A stretch of DNA of 64,000 bases from Candidatus Thorarchaeota archaeon (GTDB lineage: Archaea; Asgardarchaeota; Thorarchaeia; Thorarchaeales; Thorarchaeaceae): NCBI GenBank assembly GCA_016933575.1, contig JAFGAR010000101.1, forward strand, positions 129,296-193,295. The letters run 5' to 3'. Shown here in pieces: positions 58,208 through 64,000 of this stretch (position 1 is the stretch's first letter; each line of letters starts with the position of its first letter). Position numbers and translations under genes: made by a program. Below the pieces are notes generated by a model. That model saw only the letters and a list, made by a program, of their open reading frames with translations, ran no database searches and was not told where the DNA came from.

Positions 58208-58624
58208 CTAGATTTTCTTCCCTGGAACAATCAATACTTGACCAAGTAGGTCTCCAGGTAAGACTGAAGCTTTGATTCTAGAACTAAACATTGACATGTT
58301 AGCTGTCCGATCTTCTGAGTACATCTTCATCTCTGTACAACCTATGCATGCTAGGTCACCCATACCATTTGATCCATAGAAGGATTGAATGACCATAGAA
58401 TATGCTGGAATCTTAATCGGTCTAATTGGTACAAGATTGGTTTCGCCAACCTGAAAAGACACTTTCTCTGACGCCACAACAGGTGTGAATCTGACCTTAT
58501 TCCAATCAAGACTAATTATTGATTCTTCTAATCCCCCAACGGAACTTCGCATACGGTCCATTCCTAGACTCTCAAGGTCTTGTCTACAGCTAATGACATA
58601 GATTTTTTCTGACAACTTGTCCAC
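58208..58624 (-). CDS. DUF22 family archaeal protein
   Basis: PVVASE...GET...IRPIKIP...YGSNGMG...PGDLLGQV pattern. Confidence 0.7.
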   Translation of the reverse strand: MDKLSEKIYVISCRQDLESLGMDRMRSSVGGLEESIISLDWNKVRFTPVVASEKVSFQVGETNLVPIRPIKIPAYSMVIQSFYGSNGMGDLACIGCTEMKMYSEDRTANMSMFSSRIKASVLPGDLLGQVLIVPGKKI

Positions 58625-58813
58625 CTTGTTCTATTTACCAATGCTATGAATATTACATAACAAAGAACCTTTAGCACTTAAGTAGTTAACCAAACTGTGG
58701 TGACGTTTCATCATTGAATAGTCAATAATTGTTGAAAGCGATTCAAAATTCACTTTCGTTAGTTGTGACAAAAGCACGCCGTTGTTTGGAGTTACATACA
58801 AGAGGTAGAAGAT

Positions 58814-59119
58814 ATGAAATTTAGAGGAATGTTAGTGTGCATTCTATTCTCTGTATTGCTATTCTTGAGTACCTTGGGAATAATACCAAATACAGGAAAT
58901 GAAAAACCTTCAATTACGGATGCCTCTATGGTTACTTCCGCGCAATACGATTTTTCGAATCGAAAGAGCCCAATAGATATTCTTGTCCATACAGAATTTG
59001 CTAATCTTTCTGAGAATGGAGAATACGATCTTGTGATGGCTTTGGCACAACGCAATTCGAACCGCAATCGGTTGACTGTTATTCAAAATCAACAAGAATT
59101 AGGCTGGTCTGGAATATAG
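58814..59119 (+). pseudogene. Chimeric ORF: truncated 5' paralog of the downstream surface protein fused in frame to a copy of the small peptide gene
   Basis: RKSPIDILVHTEFANLSENGEY matches RKNDPVSILVYTQYADLSASGEF of 59397..62012. C-terminal NSNRNRLTVIQNQQELGWSGI matches peptide 62444..62569. Confidence 0.6.
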
Positions 59120-59203
59120 AAATATTTCATTTGCTTTCCTAATTGCCACATTTAGTAATGAAAGTATACAAATTAGAATGTGGTCACTCTTAGTAAAAAA
59201 AAA

Positions 59204-59247
59204 CATGAGCGGATTGTAATCTCCTCATGATTCTCTCTTTTTTTTTT
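59204..59247 (+). terminator. CATGAG/CTCATG hairpin plus T tract
   Basis: Stem 59204-59209/59224-59229 followed by a pyrimidine run and long T run; same stem sequence as 62648-62672. Confidence 0.6.
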
Positions 59248-59396
59248 ATATCTTTTATTTTAGCAAAGTTGAAATACGTTGTCTAGAAACTTGATATTGC
59301 GTCGCGCAGTTTGCTTTGAAGATGTTGTGTTTGATATTACTCAATGGCACGCAATTATTATCAAAAAAGCAGATATACCGAATAGGAGATTTAAGT

Positions 59397-62012
59397 ATGA
59401 ATAAAATTAGGATTGGATTTGTAACAGTATTGGCACTGTCACTCTTCTTAAGTCCGACCTTTCTAATTGGAGGCTTCTCTTCAATTACATCAAACCCAGA
59501 TAATTTAAGGCTTGCAGTAAATACTGAGGAAATTTATGGTCAATCAAGGAAGAATGATCCAGTATCAATACTTGTATACACGCAATATGCAGATCTTAGT
59601 GCTTCAGGTGAATTTAAGCATACTATGGATTCCATAGATGCAGAGTATGGTACATCCTATCAGTATGCAAATCTGACTGATTATCATGGACTAGCCGCTG
59701 TCATCAATGAATATGATATTCTACTTATCCTTGAACAAGAAAACGCATATGTATCAAATATGACCGAAGTTGGTCTGGCATGGGCGTCGACTCTTTCAAC
59801 ATTCATTACCAAAGGTGGCATCGTTATTGCAATGGACTGTTGGGGTCCTTTGAATATTCCAGCTGAGCGTCTAGGTATAACGAGCCATATCTATAACTCA
59901 TCAGGTCTCATGTCAATTACTGGTTTTCATGACGAACCGTATACATCAATGACTATCTATGATTTTGATGATGCATTAGCACTGGGTGTGACAACTCCTT
60001 TCTCAACTACAGATGGAGCAATAACCTATGATACAACTGATGGCGTAAAAGTTGCAGGTAGTGCGTCAGGAGCATTAGCTGTTCATAAGATAATTGGAAA
60101 GGGGCACTTGATCCTTCTTGGTTTTGACTTCTATCTTATTGAAATGAATTGTGTCAAAATGCTAGCAAATAGTATTCGACTTCATCACCATGTTGTTGTT
60201 GATGGATCCCATACACAATACATGCACGTAGCTGTAGAACTATACCAATTCGCTGTGAATCTAGCAGCAGAAGGTTTTGCTGTATCTACGATGTCAACAT
60301 TCGATCCAGCGTACCTTGCAGCATGTGATGTATTTGTTATCTCATACTGTACTGATATGTATAATGCAACTGAGGTTAACCAAATCGAGGACTTCGTAAA
60401 TAACGGGGGAGGTCTCTATATTCTGCAAGAATGGAGTGCCTTTGGTGAAGAAATGGATCCTGTTTCTGAGAGATTCAACTATGTTCGTAACAAAACTAGC
60501 TACCTTGCCGACTCAGATGACCATGTTGGAGCAAATGTTGCTTGGGTCATGTTCGATTTGGACAACACGCATAATCATTCTGCAATCTTAGATGCGACTA
60601 GTTTTGAAGTCTATGGAGCTACTATATTTGAAGAGCTTCCTGCCAATGCTTTTCCATTGATTACTGTTGATACTGATGATACTGCTACTATTGGAGGTGA
60701 TTCCAAAAATGGCTATTCATTCGCTGCAGCCTCAACTCATGGAAATGGTCGAGTCATTGTCATAGGTGATGGCAATATGATGGATGGTGTCGATGATATT
60801 GATAGCGATGCTACCACTAATTTCGATGAACAAAATAATGGCTATTTCGCAGTGAGTTGTATTCGATGGTTACTTGCTGCTGGAATTGAAGAAAAGACCA
60901 TTCTCTTCGATGAGTCGCATTCTCCATATGGATTTGTTAATGGAGCTAACCAATACCTAGCATACTTTTTGACCCTAAATGGATACACTGTCCATTGGAT
61001 GGAGAGTTTCTACGGACAACTTCTGGCGCAAGCAGACATACTCTTTGTGATGAGTGGTTCCAGTGCCTACACGCCCACAGAAATAAATCAGATTGTAGAT
61101 TTTGTCAATAATGGAAAGAGTATCTTCCTTATAGGTGACTGGGGTATTTATGGAACTAATATAGCTCCAATTGGTTCAGAGTTTGGTCTCGAGTTAAACA
61201 CGACAACTTCATACTTGGATGATACTGATGATTGGCTGCATGCAGCATCTTATCTTGTATATAATACAAGTAATTTTGCAGACCACCCAATTATGACAGG
61301 AGTGAACAGAATCGAGGTTGACCGAGGTACAGGTTTTAGTGCAGTTGGAACAAGCACTCCACTTGTGCATACCGATACGGATGGAACTGCTTTCTGGCGT
61401 AATATGACATCAGTCAATAATGGACCTGCTAATGGCATTGCCACCTTTGCATCGACTACCTATAACAAAGGTCGTGTGGTTTTCTTCACTGATGTTAACT
61501 TCATTCAAGGAACTGACGCTGATAGTGATGGTGTAATTCAGCTATATGATTCAGATAATGATCGATTTATCTCGAATGCCTTTTACTGGTTGATAGAGAA
61601 TCGAGCTCCTACTGTTGAGCTGACATTCCCGAATGGTGGTGAGGTTCTGAACGGAACTCACTTCATAACTTGGGATGCTATCGATTTCGATAACGATCTA
61701 TTAACATTCGATCTCTATTACAGCGATAACAATGGTTCAGATTGGACTACCTTGGTCATGGACCTTACTCTCTCTGAATATGCTTGGAATACAACAGTTT
61801 ATGACGATGGTAATGGTTACATGATTCGTGTTGTTGTGTCTGATGGAATCGCTACTGATCAGGACGAATCGGATGATTCATTCTCGCTTGATAATTTCGA
61901 ATCTGGTCCTGGTGGTTTCCCACTTGATACAACACTACTGTTACTTATTGCAGCTGCAGCAGGCATAATTATCGTTGTCATTGTAGTCATTATGAAACGT
62001 GGCAAGAAATAG
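59397..62012 (+). CDS. Membrane-anchored surface protein with tandem GATase-like (DUF4350/GldG-IFT52 'GIFT'-like) domains and an Ig-like module
   Basis: AGGAG RBS before ATG 59397, signal peptide. Repeated motifs VVVDGSH/ILFDESH, FVNNGGGLYI/FVNNGKSIFL, GRVIVIGD/GRVVFFTD. PTVELTFPNGGE module, TM plus KRGKK. Confidence 0.8.
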   Translation: MNKIRIGFVTVLALSLFLSPTFLIGGFSSITSNPDNLRLAVNTEEIYGQSRKNDPVSILVYTQYADLSASGEFKHTMDSIDAEYGTSYQYANLTDYHGLAAVINEYDILLILEQENAYVSNMTEVGLAWASTLSTFITKGGIVIAMDCWGPLNIPAERLGITSHIYNSSGLMSITGFHDEPYTSMTIYDFDDALALGVTTPFSTTDGAITYDTTDGVKVAGSASGALAVHKIIGKGHLILLGFDFYLIEMNCVKMLANSIRLHHHVVVDGSHTQYMHVAVELYQFAVNLAAEGFAVSTMSTFDPAYLAACDVFVISYCTDMYNATEVNQIEDFVNNGGGLYILQEWSAFGEEMDPVSERFNYVRNKTSYLADSDDHVGANVAWVMFDLDNTHNHSAILDATSFEVYGATIFEELPANAFPLITVDTDDTATIGGDSKNGYSFAAASTHGNGRVIVIGDGNMMDGVDDIDSDATTNFDEQNNGYFAVSCIRWLLAAGIEEKTILFDESHSPYGFVNGANQYLAYFLTLNGYTVHWMESFYGQLLAQADILFVMSGSSAYTPTEINQIVDFVNNGKSIFLIGDWGIYGTNIAPIGSEFGLELNTTTSYLDDTDDWLHAASYLVYNTSNFADHPIMTGVNRIEVDRGTGFSAVGTSTPLVHTDTDGTAFWRNMTSVNNGPANGIATFASTTYNKGRVVFFTDVNFIQGTDADSDGVIQLYDSDNDRFISNAFYWLIENRAPTVELTFPNGGEVLNGTHFITWDAIDFDNDLLTFDLYYSDNNGSDWTTLVMDLTLSEYAWNTTVYDDGNGYMIRVVVSDGIATDQDESDDSFSLDNFESGPGGFPLDTTLLLLIAAAAGIIIVVIVVIMKRGKK

Positions 62013-62024
62013 AAATACAATATT

Positions 62025-62056
62025 GGGCTCGAATAATCGAGCCCTCACTTCTTTTT
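62025..62056 (+). terminator. Intrinsic-type terminator
   Basis: GGGCTCGA-ATAA-TCGAGCCC followed by TCACTTCTTTTT. Confidence 0.65.
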
Positions 62057-62443
62057 ATGTTGTGTATCATACAGAAAGCTTTTGATTTGAGAATTGATGG
62101 GTAATCACTTTTTAATTTCTAATTCAGTAGTCATTTTCAATGTGCATCTTCAGAATGACCTTAGATTGACATTGAATCAGCTAGATACTCATTATCAATG
62201 TTTATTTTCATTTAATACCACAAACTTGGCAAGGCGATGAAGCCTTATCATGAAACAAAGAATAATGCAAACAGATTCATTTGGGATTCACAAGATCCAA
62301 GACACTAAGCATTATCCAACTAGTTATTTCTGGCCATACCTACATTCCGATTTGGATGAACTCTATAGAGAGAAAAATCAAGTTGAGTTCATCATCATGA
62401 AAAAGGTGTGCCTCACACATTCATCGTGTCAGGAGGTGATATA

Positions 62444-62569
62444 GTGGGTAGACATAATCACTCTAGCAGACACGAACAAAAGAGAAGGAGAAATTCTCAT
62501 CACACTTCGAATAAAAACCGAATGACTGTCCTTAGAGACGAACTGGGTTTAGGTTGGTCCGGTGCTTAG
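62444..62569 (+). CDS. Small basic His/Arg-rich peptide (41 aa): MGRHNHSSRHEQKRRRNSHHTSNKNRMTVLRDELGLGWSGA
   Basis: Strong RBS GGAGGTGA (62432-62439), GTG start, a second diverged copy at 59036-59119 with synonymous substitutions, and a downstream terminator. Below the ORF-track size cutoff. Confidence 0.7.
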   Translation: MGRHNHSSRHEQKRRRNSHHTSNKNRMTVLRDELGLGWSGA

Positions 62570-62575
62570 TTTATC

Positions 62576-62679
62576 TCCGAGTGCCTTGATATACATTGGT
62601 TCTTATTCACCATGAATAGAACACCAAGGTCTTCGGAACAGAGAAGGCATGAGCTACTTTGATTATCTCATGCTTTTTT
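62576..62679 (+). terminator. Long 3' hairpin followed by a CATGAG/CTCATG terminator hairpin and T tract
   Basis: Nested stems TCCGA/TCGGA, GCCTTG/CAAGGT, GTTC/GAAC, TATTCA/TGAATA, then AAGGCATGAG-N13-CTCATGCTTT and a T run. Confidence 0.55.
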
Positions 62680-62798
62680 CTTATTATCAGACTTCTAAAA
62701 TTATTGAAATACATCGATACGCAGTGAATATTGTTTTCACGTTGATTGCTATTTTAGAACTACATTTTTGATTTACTTCTTAGTCTTGATAGTCTAAT

Positions 62799-63071
62799 TC
62801 ATAGATCTTCATCATTGCGTTTGTATGATTTGTGAGTATCACTCTTTGCTCTTTCTACTCCAAGCCCGACTGGGAAAGGTTTGGTTACGCCCCCAAGTGA
62901 TTGACCTGAGTATGAATAATCGTACCCTCTTGCTCCACCTAGTCCTTCTACTTCTTTCTCTGATGGTCGAGTTAACACAACTCTACCCGAAGGACGTGAT
63001 TTACCAAAAGAACATGCTGCACAAAGCATCAAAAATGTAAATGCAATTATGAAACCAATCAATTCGATCAT
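62799..63071 (-). CDS. Small single-pass membrane protein
   Basis: N-terminal TM followed by a polar tail. Confidence 0.55.
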   Translation of the reverse strand: MIELIGFIIAFTFLMLCAACSFGKSRPSGRVVLTRPSEKEVEGLGGARGYDYSYSGQSLGGVTKPFPVGLGVERAKSDTHKSYKRNDEDL

Positions 63072-63214
63072 ATTCTCAAATTATATCTAAAACAAATTAA
63101 AGTTACGTATAAACCGGATGGGTAATCGCCTCATAATTACCTGCATGTTACGAATGAAAGATTAAGTTATCAAATATAACAAGTATCATTCTACTTCAAT
63201 TCTTTTTTCTTTGA

Positions 63215-64000
63215 TTACAGTTTTCGTGAATAAGATGGTCTTAATGAAGATTCAATATTGGTTGTGATAGCATTTTCCAATACTGATAGAATTCTAGTCT
63301 TATCATAAGGAAGTGTTCCACCCAAGGCAATGTAGTTAGATGCATGATTAGTTCGAAAGATGCAATTGGTTAAGTCAAAGTACTTGATCAGTAACCTTAA
63401 TTCTTTCAGGATATCCATTGGTTTCATTGGCACGAACTCACCAGAGTTTACCATATCATTGATTTGTGTGCCTGAAGGAGTCATCAAAGTAAGGGCTCCT
63501 ACATATTCAGGATCAATCTTGTTCAACACTTGAGCTGTCTTTCTAGCATGACTCTCAGTATTCGGATATCCTCCGAGACCTAAAATGATCGTGAGCGATA
63601 ATGGGATACCTGCACTTCGTATCTTTGAACAAGCCTCAATGTTCTCAGCAGAATCTACGCCCTTGTGAATCCATCGAAGTAGGTCGTCATCACCCGTTTC
63701 GAGTCCAAGATATACTATCCCCAATTTATTTGCTTTAAGTGTAACCAAATCTTCTGTAGTCTTTTCACGCAAATCTTTTGCATATCCATATACACCCACT
63801 CGTTTAAGTTCTGGCAATTCATCATTTAGAAGATCAAGCATCTCGATAAGATCCGAGGTTTGCATAGCCAAAGCATTGCCATCAGCTAAGAAGACTCTCT
63901 GAACGCTTTTCTTATACCATTCTGATAAACTGTCAAGATCCTCTTTCAGTTCATCTAATCCTCTCACGCGGTATTTCTTTTGTTTGTAAGATACACAGAA
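63215..64000 (-). CDS. Radical SAM protein (5' end beyond the window)
   Basis: Frame open to the window edge (FCVSYKQKKYR, last Cys of the cluster motif), RVFLADGNAL, YLGLETG, FRTNHASNY. Confidence 0.85.
   Translation of the reverse strand, partial: FCVSYKQKKYRVRGLDELKEDLDSLSEWYKKSVQRVFLADGNALAMQTSDLIEMLDLLNDELPELKRVGVYGYAKDLREKTTEDLVTLKANKLGIVYLGLETGDDDLLRWIHKGVDSAENIEACSKIRSAGIPLSLTIILGLGGYPNTESHARKTAQVLNKIDPEYVGALTLMTPSGTQINDMVNSGEFVPMKPMDILKELRLLIKYFDLTNCIFRTNHASNYIALGGTLPYDKTRILSVLENAITTNIESSLRPSYSRKL

Noticed and set aside
62250-62444. 64-aa ORF upstream of the small peptide
   Set aside because: No RBS or motif. Its 3' end contains the GGAGGTGA RBS of the better-supported 62444 peptide.
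62576-62637. 3' hairpin as a eukaryote-like SECIS element (these are known in Asgard archaea)
   Set aside because: No AUGA/GA quartet with an apical AA in the right geometry, and the upstream ORF has no in-frame TGA.
1-64000. tRNA, rRNA, CRISPR array, transposase/integrase or prophage genes
   Set aside because: None recognised by eye. tRNAscan-SE and Infernal would be needed to exclude intron-containing or atypical RNAs.

Overview
AT-rich, gene-dense archaeal chromosomal window. The gene content points to an Asgard archaeon, most likely Thorarchaeia (inference): Rab/Roc-like small GTPases, longin/roadblock-like domains, a eukaryote-like PPP phosphatase, a plant/protist-type TyrRS, IorAB, PDO, DUF22, giant sequon-rich single-pass surface proteins and GGAGG/GGTGA ribosome-binding sites. 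0-25 kb is a cell-surface island: a receptor-like protein with a longin-like cytoplasmic tail, a membrane-anchored metzincin and two tandem ~2600-aa paralogous Ig-repeat proteins. 25-35 kb holds tyrS, a probable polyprenyl-phosphoribose glycosylation cluster, a PPP phosphatase/LOG/pseudo-GTPase operon and a PIN-helical protein. 35-58 kb holds an ABC exporter, IorAB, two thiol-redox/ferritin clusters and DsrEFH. It also holds a compact operon (48.1-50.7 kb) of Zn-ribbon, longin/roadblock-like, ~15-TM and small-GTPase genes, the best candidate for a new signalling system. Outside the ORF track I found a duplicated small peptide (SNxNRxTV...LGWSG) with a conserved 3' hairpin/terminator layout, and two candidate multi-branched structured RNAs (6.5 kb and 35.4 kb). 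I recognised no tRNA, rRNA, CRISPR array or transposase. All domain calls come from motif reading, not database searches.
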